Positions 29,613-39,748 are shown, counted from the stretch's first letter. The stretch is DNA of 64,000 bases from an uncultured Acidimicrobiaceae bacterium (GCA_963794745.1 CAWCEZ010000005.1:255189-319188); one strand, 5' to 3'. A program made the numbers and translations. Notes: generated from the letters alone by a model not told the origin.

Positions 29613-32073
29613 ATGAAGCAGACGACGCAACAAAAAATCGATAACGACGGGGCGGTGGCGGCCGCCCGGGGCGCCCCTGGCGCCCAGCAGATCGGGCACC
29701 GCTTGCCGGCCCTGGACGGCCTTCGTGGTATAGGGATCGCGGCTGTAGTCGTTTACCACCTTGACCCGTCCTGGCTCCCCGGTGGCTACCTCGGCGTTGA
29801 CATTTTCTTTGTCGTATCGGGGTTCCTGATAACTGGCCTCCTGTTCGACCTTCTGGGGGCACGGGGCCCGGTCGGGCCAGCCTTGCGCCAGTTTTGGGCC
29901 AGACGGGCGCGCAGGCTGCTGCCCGCCCTGGTCACGGTCATTTTGGGTGTAACGCTCTACGCGAGTTTTTTCGCCCGCGACGCTGTGCCGATGCTCAGGG
30001 CGGATATCCCGTCCGCGCTTGGCTTTGTCGCCAACTGGCAGCTGCTGTTCCACCACGACAGCTACTTCCAGTCGATGGGCCGCCCACCGCTGCTGCTCCA
30101 TCTCTGGTCGCTCGGGGTCGAGGAACAGTTCTACCTCGTTTGGCCCCTCGTCGTCCTGGCTGTCCTGCGCTTGGCGCGCCGCCCCGATAGGGCGATGTCG
30201 TTGGTTGCCGGCGCAGGTGCTTGCTTTTCGGCCTTGCTCATGGCGGCGTTCTTCGTTCCCGGCCACGACCCGTCGAGCGTCTACTACGACACGTTCAGCC
30301 ACTCTTCGGGCCTTATGATCGGTGCGGCGCTGGCGGCGGCGGTGCACAACCGTCCCGGTTTGCTCAAGGCCGCCCGTCTTGGCGAGCTTGCCCCCCGATC
30401 GCCGGGCGCCGGGCCACGGGCTTGGACCGGAGCACTCAGCCTCGCCGGCCTGGCGGTGCTCGTCGTGTTCATGGGCGCCAACGGCACCTTCGCCTACAGA
30501 GGTGGGATCTTCCTAGCTTCGGCGCTCACGGGCCTGGCGCTGCTTGTCTCGCTGCAACCCGGCCTCGTCCAAAAAGCGCTTGGTCGCCGGCCGCTGCGGT
30601 ACCTCGGGAAGCGTTCGTACTCCCTCTACCTCTGGCATTGGCCGATCATCTGCCTGACCCGCGCCGATGTCGACGTGCCCGTTTCGGGTTGGCAGCTCTT
30701 GTTCGTGCGGGTCACGCTGATCGCAGTCGCGGCCGAGGCGTCGTACAGGCTGATCGAGCAACCGTGGCGTACCGGCCGGGCCCAGGCGGCCCTGCGCTCG
30801 CTCTCGGGGGCCGGACGGACTGCGGCCGCCAGCACGGTCGGGCTCTGCGGGGCAACCGCTGTCGTACTGCTCGCCGCGGTCAACCCGCCTCCGCTGCCCG
30901 CCGCGCTCCTGATCGGCTCGACCCCGGCGGCCCGTGCCACCCTGTTACCCACAGGCAGTAACTCCGGACACGGCCCATCCGCGAGGTCGGCGCGTAGCGT
31001 CACCGGGCCGACTGCCACCGCGGCACCGCCTGCGACCACCACTACCCTTTCGACCACTGCGGCCTCCACCCCCCTTTCAACCACTGCGGCCACCACGCTC
31101 ACGCCCTTCCCAACCACTAGGACTGTCCCAAGCACTAGGACTGTCCCAACCGGTACGCCCCAGCGAACCACTACCCAGCGAACCACTGCGGCACATCAGC
31201 GCGTAACGACGGTCTCAACGACGACCAGGGTCTCAACGACGGCCAGGGTCCCAAACGACGGCCAGGGTCTCAACGACTACCTCGGTCCCCACGGCCACGA
31301 CCGTTCCAAGGGTTATCACCCTCCTCGAGCTCACTGTGCCCCCCACCCCGATCGGGGCGATGACCGCGCTCGACCTGACTGAGCTGCCAGCCACGCTGTT
31401 GTACACCACGCTCCCGGTGCACAAGGTGGCCACTACCGCTTCGACTACCAGTACGACGGCCACGCCCAAGACCACTGTCCTGGCTGGTCACCCTGCATCG
31501 CATAGCGCAGCAAAGGCCCCGCCCAGCCGCCCCAGACTGGGCCACGACGTGCTCGCCATCGGCGATTCGGTGCTCGTGGCGGCTTCCGCATCGCTACAGC
31601 AGCGCCTGCACGGTGACGTCACGATCGACGCCGTCGTGGGGCGCCAGGTCTGGAGCGGGATCGCCCGTTTGGCCGCCTACAAGGCGGCAGGTGACTTGGT
31701 CGGGCTCAAGGCAGTCGTCATCGACCTCGGTACGAACGGCCCTATGACCCCGCAAGACGTGGCCCAATTTCGTGCCCTCAGTGCCGGTGTCCCGTTGCTT
31801 GTCTTCATCAACGTTCGCGTCCCACTGCCCTGGCAGTCCGAGAGCAACTCATCTCTCGCTGCGGTCGCAGGCCAACCGGGCATCGCAGTCGTCAACTGGT
31901 ACAGCGCCTCGGCCGCTCCGGGTGTTCTTTGGCCTGACGCCATCCACCCGGACCCGAAAGGCCAGGTCGTTTACGCCAACCTGGTCGCCGCAGCCCTCAG
32001 CCAACAACCCCGGCCGCCCTTGCCACCGCCTAGCCGTGCCACGCTGCGGCGGAGGCTTCTGCAAAACGGCTAG
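29613..32073 (+). pseudogene. OatA-like acyltransferase-3 / SGNH hydrolase fusion protein, split by a +1 frame change in the T/P-rich linker
   Basis: Multi-TM acyltransferase_3 domain (29613 to ~30750). SGNH blocks (LAIGDSV, DLGTNG, DAIHPD) lie in the next frame (31336..32073). The frames join at an extra A at 31253-31255. Confidence 0.75.
31212..31277. repeat. 18-bp tandem repeat (about 3.6 copies) in the OatA-like linker; third copy is 19 nt
   Basis: Copies: gtctcaacgacgaccagg (31212-29), gtctcaacgacggccagg (31230-47), gtcccaaacgacggccagg (31248-66), then a partial copy. A further 18-bp pair cactaggactgtcccaag/c lies just upstream (about 31116-31151). Confidence 0.9.
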
Positions 32074-32083
32074 CCTCACAGAC

Positions 32084-32263
32084 ATGGCAGATGTGCTGGC
32101 ATTTCTGGCTGTCACTGACAATGCGCCCCTCGACTGGGCACTCGGCGCGGCGGCGAGCTTTGTCTTCGTCGGTTTGATCGCTGTGCCCGCTGCCGTCCTC
32201 AACTCCCGCGACCGCAAGCGGCGTGCGCAGGGCCTGTCGCACGAGCAGTCGACGACCCCGTAA
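32084..32263 (+). CDS. possible small single-TM protein
   Basis: 59-codon ATG ORF (MADVLAFLAVTDNAPLDWALGAAASFVFVGLIAVPAAVL...). No clear RBS and no family recognised. Weak support. Confidence 0.2.
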   Translation: MADVLAFLAVTDNAPLDWALGAAASFVFVGLIAVPAAVLNSRDRKRRAQGLSHEQSTTP

Positions 32264-32287
32264 CCACTAGCGCAACTCGCGCAGGCG

Positions 32288-32848
32288 TCAGGGTGCGCCG
32301 GCGAAGTCGACGTCGTTGGCAGCAACTGTCCCAGCGGTCCGCCCTGGAGCCGTCTGGTAGGTCCAGTACAGGTTCGTGTGGGCAATGACCTGGGCCGGCG
32401 GAGGGGCGCCCCATTGCGAGCGGTCGTCGGTGGTGTGGGCGTCGTTGACAAGGGTCACGTCGTAGCCCCTTACGAACGCTCCGTGCAGCGTCGAACGGAT
32501 GCACGCATCCGTCTGTGCGCCGGCGACTACGAGCCGGCCGACTGCGAGACCGGACAGCACGGCCTCAAGGGTTGTGGCCTCAAACGCGTCGCCGTATTTC
32601 TTGTGCACAAGCGGCTCGCCGTCAGCGGGAGCCAGATCGGCGACGATCTGCCAGTCGTGGCCCCCCTCGGCAAGCTCCGCGTCAGAGTGCTGCACCCATA
32701 CGACCGGGACCTCCTCGCGCCTCGCCTTGTCGACGAGGTTGACGATGTTCGCGACAACGGCGTCTCGTTCGTAAGCGGCCCCGACAACGCCGTTTTGCAC
32801 GTCGATGATGACCAGAGCGGTATTAGGACGTTGCCCGAGGGTGGTCAT
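32288..32848 (-). CDS. isochorismatase-family cysteine hydrolase
   Basis: [14 protein letters not shown]-terminal strand and a catalytic Cys context ([11 protein letters not shown]). ATG 32848 is preceded by AAGGAG 5-6 nt upstream. The ORF-track start at 32947 is probably too long. Confidence 0.8.
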   Translation of the reverse strand: MTTLGQRPNTALVIIDVQNGVVGAAYERDAVVANIVNLVDKARREEVPVVWVQHSDAELAEGGHDWQIVADLAPADGEPLVHKKYGDAFEATTLEAVLSGLAVGRLVVAGAQTDACIRSTLHGAFVRGYDVTLVNDAHTTDDRSQWGAPPPAQVIAHTNLYWTYQTAPGRTAGTVAANDVDFAGAP

Positions 32849-33287
32849 AATTCTCCTTTGCTCACGCTGACTGCCTTCTTCACGAGGGCGGCGACAGCTT
32901 TCTCTTCTTTTGCCGTCAGCGCCTTCACCGCGAAAACGATGGGCCACATGGCGCCTTGGTCAAGGTTCGCACCGTCGTTGAAACCAAGGGTCATGTACCT
33001 TTCCTTGAACTTCGCTGCGCTACGGAAGAAGCAAATGACCTTGCCGTCCTTGGCGTAAGCGGGCATCCCGTACCAGGTTCTCGGTGACAGCGCCGGGCCA
33101 TTGCCTTTGATGATGGCATGGAGCCGCTCTCCTACGGCACGGTCTGGAGCTGGCATCGCAGCGATCGCTGCCAGCACCTCGGCCTCACCGTCTGCCTTCT
33201 TGGTTGCTTCTTGGTTGCGTTCTTGGTTGCCTTCTTGGTCGTGGTTGCCTTCTTGGTCGTGCTTGCCTCAGCAATGTTCTCAGCCAT
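32845..33287 (-). pseudogene. DUF1801/YdhG-like protein with Lys/Thr/Ala repeat N terminus, frame-disrupted in the repeat
   Basis: ATG 33287 follows GGGAGGGAGC and encodes [27 protein letters not shown]. It runs out of frame at 33207. The DUF1801-like body ([18 protein letters not shown]...[17 protein letters not shown]) is in frame 32845..33177. Confidence 0.6.
33196..33266. repeat. 12/18-bp tandem repeat array (cttcttggttgc units) encoding the KKAT repeats of the DUF1801-like gene
   Basis: Units at 33196-206 (11 nt, one C short), 33207-18, 33219-30, 33231-48 and 33249-66. Confidence 0.85.
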
Positions 33288-33351
33288 GCTCCCTCCCTTG
33301 TCTGCTAGGGAATTTACGCCGTCGCCGTTTGCGCCCCGGACCGCAGTCTCG

Positions 33352-34808
33352 TCACGGTGCCCCGAACCACTTAGCCAAGGCCGCTTGCAACCCAGCGCCG
33401 CTGCCATCTCCCACCCAAGCGACATACCCATCGGGCCGTACCAACACAGCACGAGGAGCAGCGACCTTGCCAATTACCGGCAGTTCCCACTCGCCGAGAT
33501 ATGCGGCATCGATCCTTTGGACGCGGCCTGCCCAAGCACCGATGTCCAGCACGCCGGGCTCACCGAGATTGATCAGCACCGCTTTGGCACCGTGCAGCAG
33601 GGTGAAGGCCCGAAGCGGTCCATCGCCGGTCACGAGGTCCAGATCGGGCATGCGCCGCCCGAGTAGAGCGTGGCCCTCGCCGAGGTCGTAATGAATGTCC
33701 AGCCCAGAGATGAGCCCGGCAAGATATTTGCGCGGCTCGTCCATGGTTACCAGCGCCGAGACCATGTCGACGACGGCCTTGATACGGTCGTCCGGGCGCT
33801 GCAGGACGCCCTGGGCCATGGTGTGCTGGAGTGCCCGGGCAGCGACAGGGTGGCGCTCGTCCTGGTAGGTGTCGAGAAGGTCCTCCGGGGAAATCCCCTC
33901 GACCACCTGAGCAAGCTTCCAACCGAGGTTCACCGCGTCTTGCACCCCGAGGCTCAGGCCCTGCCCGCCCGCCGGGTAGTGCACGTGCGCCGAATCGCCG
34001 GCGAGCAGGACGCGTCCCGCGCGGTAGGACGCCGCCTGGCGTGTCATATCGGTGAACCTAGAGATCCATACGGGAGCGTGGATCCCGAAGTCGCTGCCGA
34101 ACACATTGACCAGCGCCTCGCTCAGGTCGCGCAGGCTTGGCTCGCTGCTTGGCCCGAGCTCGCGTTCGGTCACGATCACGCGGTACGTCTTGCCGTCCTC
34201 CAACTTGTGGAGGCCATGCACCCCCGTAGCGTCGTGGCGAATGCCCCGTGGAGGCTCCTCGGTCACCTCAACCTCCGCGATCAGGTTGCTCCTGGTCGGG
34301 GCCACCCAGGGAACTCGATGCCGGCCGCTTTGCGGATCACGCTGCGTCCGCCATCGCACCCGACCAGGTACTGCGCCCGCAATGGCCCACCGTCCGCCCG
34401 CTCGACATCGACGCCGGTGGCGTCCTGGGCGAACCCAGTCACTTCCGCTCCGTAGTAGACACGCACTGGCAGTTCGCCGACCCAGGCGGCCATGATCCGC
34501 TCGATCTGGTTCTGCCAAATCCCGAGCGAGTAGGGATGGCGCGTCGGGAAGTCGCTCATGTCCAACACGGTCGCCCCGATCATGAGCGCCTGAACGGCGT
34601 TGCCCTCGGCGAGGAACCGGTCCGCCACCCCACGCTGGTCGAGCACCTCTATCGTGCGAGAGTGAAAGCCGCCGGCCCGGGAGCCTACGAGCACATGGTC
34701 CCGACGCTGCTCGACGATCGCGACATCGACCCTCGCCAAAGCCAACTCGGCCGCCAGCATCATCCCTGTCGGGCCGCCTCCGGCGACCACCACCGCATGC
34801 TCCCCCAT
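33352..34808 (-). pseudogene. FAD-dependent aromatic-ring monooxygenase (PHBH fold), one frameshift
   Basis: N-terminal part in frame 34281..34808 (VVVAGGGPTGMMLAAELA, CDGGRSVIRK). C-terminal part in frame 33352 to ~34300 (LLAGDSAHVHYPAGGQGLSLGVQDAVNLGWKL). Junction near 34297-34306. Confidence 0.8.
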
Positions 34809-35101
34809 ACGCCACCCTTTCTCTTGGTAGGTCCGGGCTAGAGACCGAGATTGTGCGCGCCGAATGGCGACTTGCCGCAAGCACCCCGAGCGCGCTATGT
34901 TTATGATGGCGGGAGTTACTTTCTCCTCTGTCGCCCGGTGTTAGTAGGCGGTTCTCGTCCACGGGTCCCCTTTCCTGACGAAACCGCTGGCGTTGCCGGT
35001 GCCCAGCACCGCTACGATGCGCCCGCTCGTTCGACCAGCCCGCTCTGGTCAATCTCCTCGTGCCGAAAACCAGAGGCAAACCGGCGGGTAGGGACGCTGA
35101 G

Positions 35102-37649
35102 TCACTCTGCTCGCATGACCAACGCGGTCGGGGTCCGCGCCGCGCTTCGTCCGGGGAGCGCCGCCACCAAATTGGCGAATACGAGAGCCCCCACGGCCAC
35201 AATTGTCACCGGCACGGCCGGCACGCTTGGGTCAGGGACGGCGTTGAGATTGTGGGCGAACAGCGTCCAAAGTTCACGTCCGATGACGATGCCAAGAGGG
35301 ATCCCCACGATCACACCGGTAAGCGCGGCCATGGTCGCCTGGCAGGCAACCGCGCCTGCCAATTGTCCTTGTGTGAAGCCAAGGGTCTTCAACAAGGCCA
35401 GGTCCCGCCGGCGGCGGCGGACCGAAGCGGCCAGCGTGAGGGCAAGAGCGGCGATGGCCCCGGCGGCGAGGCCGACCGCCAGGATGACGGGCGTCGACCC
35501 GATGCTGCGGTAGTTCACTATCTGCGCCGGGCGCTGGACGCCGAGCACGGTGACGTTTTGGCCGTAGGCGTTTGGGTCGCCGGCGAAAACCTTCTCAGCC
35601 GCATCAGCAACGCGTTGCAGGTCGTCACGGCCAGCCACGGGGCTGACGCCACTGCGGAGCCGTACGAAGACGAGCTCAGGCCCGTTGAGGTTCGGGTCCC
35701 GGGTCTCTACAGCCCGCTGGAACGCCGGGGGGAAAATGGCCTCCGAGAACATCGCACCTGTGCCCATGGAGGTGTGGTCGGCGACCAAGCTTTCGAAGCC
35801 CACCGCCGGGAACGTCGCCGTGCCCACTATCGTCAAGGGGGTCGGAGGTATATAGATCGGGGCGTCTGCCCGAGCCCCGTAACTCAGGAACACTGTTCCT
35901 CCGAGCTGCTTGTGCAGCACGTCGAGCGTGGCAGCTCCCACGACAATCTGGTTGCTAGCCTCAAGGCCGTGACCGGCCAGGATCGGGGGCGACACTAACT
36001 CGGTCCTTGCGGGTTCCATGAGGACGGGAACGGTCTGGCCGTCGATCGCCACGTCGTTGTAGTCGAACCCGCTCCATGCAGCGACGTCAGGATCGTGGCT
36101 CAGAAGCTCCAAGGCGCGCGGAGGTACGTCGTTGGAGGGGTTGAGGGCGTAGTCCCAGTTCCACCCGTACAGCGCAGGGTGCGAGACCAAGGTATTGAGG
36201 CTGCTCGCAAAGGTGAGGGTGGCAACCACCAAGACGACGGCAACGACGGTGCCCACCAACGCAGAGCGCACCGGCACGGCGGTGCGGCCCCGTCCGGGTT
36301 CCAGGGCAAAACGGATGCCGACCACACCGGCCACGGGCAGCCCCGCCGACTCGGCTCGGCGGGCGAGGACCGAACTGCGCCCCGTTGGCGCCACACCCCG
36401 ATGTGCTCGGTGATGCGTCCCCAGATAGGACTGCACGACCGCGCCGGCTCCGAGCACGCCGATCAGGACCGCGAGGCCTATGCCGGACACCGTCCAATCG
36501 ACGGCGGGCCCGCCATCGGGGTAGACGGGTCGCACCGGGCCCAACGGGGACAGCGGCGACAGCGCCACCGCTACGCCAACGGCCACCAGAGAACCAACGG
36601 CCACGGCGCCCAGGACACCGATCAACCCGTCGGCCGCCGTGACTATGGGAGCGGCTCCGAGCGCCCGCATCGCTCGGCGGTCGTCGTCGCCCCATCGGAC
36701 CTGGCGGGAAATAGCCTGCGCCCCGAGGACCAGGCAGACCAGGGCGGCGATCGCTCCGAAACCGCCTAGCGCAACAGACTCCGGCTTGAGGGCGAGCTCC
36801 ACCTCGGTCACGACGCGAGCAGTCACATGGAACTGGACCGTTGCCCGAGGCGGGATTATCCGGCGGAATCTCTTGCTCGACCGCCGTGACATCAAGGGCA
36901 CCGTGGTCGAGTTGCAGGGCGTAAGCCGTAGGCGCGCCCGCGCCAGGCCACACCTTAACGGCGTCTTGGACGAGCGCAGGGGACAGGAGGACAAAACCGT
37001 AGGCCGCGTCGATGTCGTCTTGGAGAACAGAGTTGTTGAGGACGGCGATGCCCACAAGCTTGACGCCGACCCTGAAGCGGGGGACCACCCTCGAGGTCCC
37101 AAAGGCCGGCAGGGCCTCCTGGGCGTCGGTGTAGAAGCCCAACGGCACGACGTCACCGAGGCGCACGCCGAGTCCGCGGGCCGCGTTGGCGGTCATCATC
37201 ATCTCGTGTGGGTCACCAGGGACCGCCCGCCGGCCTTGCACAATTCCCGGGCGGTCCTGAACGAGGAAACCACCGTCCGAGCTCGCTAGGACCAGGATGC
37301 TGTTCAGTACCTTCAAGCGGGGGGTGCCGTTGCGGGCCAGCGGCACGAAGTCGGGCGCCACGAGGTCCCTGACCCTTTTCACACCGGGCAGCCGAGCGAT
37401 CCTGGCCGTCAACGGAGCGACCGCACCACTGGGAGAGTTCGGCGCGTAGACCGAAAGGGTCATGTCTGATGGGTTTGTGCTCGCCAGGAACGTCGGGTAG
37501 GAGGACTGGGTACGTCGCCCGGCAGCGACCGAGCCCATGGCGGTCCCACCGACCAAACCGATGAGCAGCACCACGCTCAGGTAGCCAGCCCAGCGCCGGA
37601 CCAGCGTGACGCGGAAGCGGTACCAGGCGACATGAAGGACCTGGTTCAT
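35102..37649 (-). pseudogene. ABC transporter permease with two FtsX domains (MacB-like), one frameshift
   Basis: N-terminal part in frame 36087..37649 and C-terminal part in frame 35102..37156. Junction at 36861-36870. C-terminal FtsX motif (RRRRDLALLKTLGFTQGQL). No adjacent ATPase gene. Confidence 0.8.
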
Positions 37650-37778
37650 CGGACCTACGACCTTTCAGCTCGCACCGGCCCAGGCGTCACACCCGGAGTC
37701 TCGTCCGCTCGGCGAGAGCTGTCGAGGTTGTTAGCTGCACCAGCCCCGTGGTACTAACACCCCAGCGGCTCTCGGCTC

Positions 37779-37796
37779 CTACCACAAAGTTGGTAG
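37779..37796 (+). promoter_or_regulatory. inverted repeat CTACCA-N6-TGGTAG upstream of the RHH antitoxin gene; candidate toxin-antitoxin operator
   Basis: Perfect 6-bp arms. A TAGCAT -10-like hexamer at 37802-07 lies 6 nt before the ATG at 37814. Confidence 0.45.
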
Positions 37797-37813
37797 TGGA
37801 GTAGCATATCTGT

Positions 37814-38116
37814 ATGACAAGCAAACAGAGGCTGTCAGCCTCGGTCGATGTCGAACTCCTCGACGCCGCACAGGCAGCGGTCGCCGAGGGACGAGCCACC
37901 AGTATCAGCGCTTGGGTCAACGACGCCCTCACGCTAAAGGCCGAGCAAGATCGGCGGATGCATGCCTTCGACGCCTTCCTGCATAGCTACGAGGCGGAGC
38001 ACGGAGTGATCAGCGAAGCGGAGATCGACCAAGCGGTCCGCCGGGCCCGCTCGCGGGCGACCGTCGTCCGCTCATCACCGGGCAACGCGCCCCGTCCCGC
38101 TAGTGGGGCGGTGTGA
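37814..38116 (+). CDS. ribbon-helix-helix type II antitoxin (VapB-like)
   Basis: 100-aa ORF (RLSASVDVELLDAAQAAVAEGRATSISAWVNDAL). GTGA stop/start overlap with the downstream PIN gene. Confidence 0.7.
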   Translation: MTSKQRLSASVDVELLDAAQAAVAEGRATSISAWVNDALTLKAEQDRRMHAFDAFLHSYEAEHGVISEAEIDQAVRRARSRATVVRSSPGNAPRPASGAV

Positions 38117-38493
38117 CCCTTCTCCTCGACGCCGGGGTCTTTGTCGCCGTCGAGCGTGGTGACCGCGACATCATTGCCCTACTGAAACGGGAGCGAATAG
38201 CTCAACGTTCCCCCCTCAGCCACGGCGGCATCGTTGCTCAGATCTGGCGCGGCGGGGCCGGCCGTCAGTCCGAGGTCGCACGTTTGCTCCGCGCCGTCGA
38301 GGTGAGGGCGCTCGACGAAGAGCTGGGCAAGAAGGCTGGCCTGCTCCTGCGTCGAAGCCGGGCTGAGGATGCGATCGATGCCGCTCTCGTTTGTCTTGCC
38401 GCCGATGGTGACGACATCCTTACTTCCGACCCCAGTGACTTGAGGTCCTTGGCGGAAGCCGCGGGTGTCCATGTCGAGCTGGTGCCGGTCTAG
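38113..38493 (+). CDS. vapC: PIN-domain toxin (VapC-like ribonuclease)
   Basis: 126-aa ORF. Acidic residues in PIN positions (LLLDAG..., ...DAIDAALV..., ILTSDPSD). Translationally coupled to the antitoxin. Confidence 0.8.
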   Translation: MTLLLDAGVFVAVERGDRDIIALLKRERIAQRSPLSHGGIVAQIWRGGAGRQSEVARLLRAVEVRALDEELGKKAGLLLRRSRAEDAIDAALVCLAADGDDILTSDPSDLRSLAEAAGVHVELVPV

Positions 38494-38561
38494 CCTCGCA
38501 TACCAACGGCGCGAGTTTGTCGAAGCCGCAACCGCGGCGGATGTCGCTGGGTTAGAAAGCC

Positions 38562-39177
38562 ATGATGGCTAATACAACTGCACGTTTGCGCAGGCAGCTG
38601 CCTCGTCTTGGGTTCGTCCCCATTGCCCTGCTCGCGATTGTCGGGCCGCACTCAGCCTCGATGGCGTCCACGATCGCCTCAGCGGTCATCTCGCCGAAAC
38701 ACACCGTCGTGCTGTCGGGTGATTCTGTGGGGCCGGTCCGCTTCGGCGAGCCCCAAGAGAAAGCCGTGAACGCGCTGAAGGAAATTGATCGGGGCAACGC
38801 AGGGAGGTGTGCAGGGCGCGATGGGTAACTGCACCATCGACGCCGCCCTAACGTGGGCGAATTTCTCGGTGTATTTCTTCCACAGCACGTTCGTCGGCTA
38901 CCAGACGGGCAACGATCTGACTGACAAGCTCGGCGCGACGTTCAACGGAGAGACGTCCCGGGGGCTTCGCGTCGGGGGCACGTTGGCCGAGGCGCGAAGG
39001 CTCTACCCCGGCCACGTAACGACCAGCGGCGAAAACGGGGGTGTCTACGCAGTCAAAACGACGACAGGGACGATCCGCGGGTACCTGTCGGGCGAGGTCT
39101 CCAACCCGGCGGCCAAGATCGAGATCGTCTCCATCTCGGCGGGGGCAGTCGGCTGCCCTGCAGCATCACCCGGGTAG
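38562..39177 (+). pseudogene. hypothetical secreted protein, one frameshift
   Basis: The signal-like N terminus (38562..38828) continues in the next frame (38785..39177): ...FGEPQEKAVNALKEI / LIGATQGGVQGAMGNCTIDAALTWANFSVYFF. No family assigned. Confidence 0.5.
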
Positions 39178-39289
39178 GGCGGGAACGGGCAGCGTCCATT
39201 CCCCTGCGATGACAAGACAAATAGAAAGCGCCCAATGACGGCCCGGCGCGAAGCGTGACGCGCAACACTAAGCAGGTGCCTACCGAGCA

Positions 39290-39318
39290 TTGACACCATA
39301 TGGCGTTCCCGGTATAGT
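39290..39318 (+). promoter_or_regulatory. consensus sigma-70-type promoter of the GntR-ABC operon (TTGACA-N17-TATAGT)
   Basis: TTGACA at 39290-95, a 17-nt spacer, and TATAGT at 39313-18. The ATG at 39326 lies 7 nt after the -10 box, implying a leaderless or near-leaderless mRNA. Confidence 0.65.
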
Positions 39319-39339
39319 TCACTAGATGAGTAGTGAACT
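39316..39339 (+). promoter_or_regulatory. perfect 9-6-9 palindrome (AGTTCACTA-GATGAG-TAGTGAACT) centred on the gntR start codon; candidate autoregulatory operator
   Basis: Left arm 39316-24 and right arm 39331-39 are exact reverse complements. The site is AT-rich in a GC-rich genome and overlaps the -10 box and the ATG. Confidence 0.6.
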
Positions 39340-39748
39340 GAGTAATCGCACCATCAGCTTCAGGATGAGCTCCACTTCGGGGGTCCCTGCCTACCTCCAG
39401 CTGGTCCAACAAGTGGAGCATGCTCTGAGAATGGGCGCCCTTGGGCCAGGCGACCGGCTCCCAACGGTGAAGGAGGTCGTCGGCGAGATCGCCCTCAACC
39501 CGAACACCGTTTTGAAGGCGTACAGGGAGCTAGAGGTGAGGGGCCTCGTGGAAGGCAAGCAGGGCGTGGGGACATTCGTCCTGGCGCGGCCAAGCGGGCC
39601 GCCCCCCGGCACACAGGAGCGGCTGTCCCGCTCGCTGCAGACCTGGGTCCGCAAAGCTCGCGGCGAGGGCCTGGACGACTCCGCCATCGAGGCTCTGGTC
39701 CGGTCGGCTCTGGCCCCGGCCGCCGGCTCCTCGGAAGGGGCGGCATGA
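39326..39748 (+). CDS. GntR family (YtrA-like) transcriptional regulator
   Basis: Winged HTH (GDRLPTVKEVVGEIALNPNTVLKAYRELEVRGLVEGKQGVGTFV). ATGA overlap with the downstream ABC ATPase gene. Confidence 0.85.
   Translation: MSSELSNRTISFRMSSTSGVPAYLQLVQQVEHALRMGALGPGDRLPTVKEVVGEIALNPNTVLKAYRELEVRGLVEGKQGVGTFVLARPSGPPPGTQERLSRSLQTWVRKARGEGLDDSAIEALVRSALAPAAGSSEGAA

Noticed and set aside
29493-30347. 284-aa minus-strand ORF overlapping the acyltransferase gene. Many similar long antisense ORFs occur elsewhere (for example 2437..3318, 13450..14228, 19665..20633, 41647..42612, 55320..56210, 56634..57932).
   Set aside because: They are Arg/Pro/Gly-rich translations with no recognisable domains. 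Each lies antisense to a gene with clear homology. This is the typical shadow-ORF pattern of a high-GC genome.
31250-31256. CCCAAAC as a programmed -1 slippery heptamer (X XXY YYZ) joining the acyltransferase and SGNH domains.
   Set aside because: The downstream domain lies in the +1 frame relative to the upstream ORF, not the -1 frame. The site is better explained as a 1-nt insertion in a tandem repeat copy.
33352-35202. 616-aa ORF, and likewise the 470-aa ORF 43713..45125, the 388-aa ORF 40467..41633 and the 520-aa ORF 36087..37649 taken at full length.
   Set aside because: Only part of each is real coding sequence. The remainder is out-of-frame read-through of a neighbouring or frameshifted gene, with implausible Arg-rich sequence.
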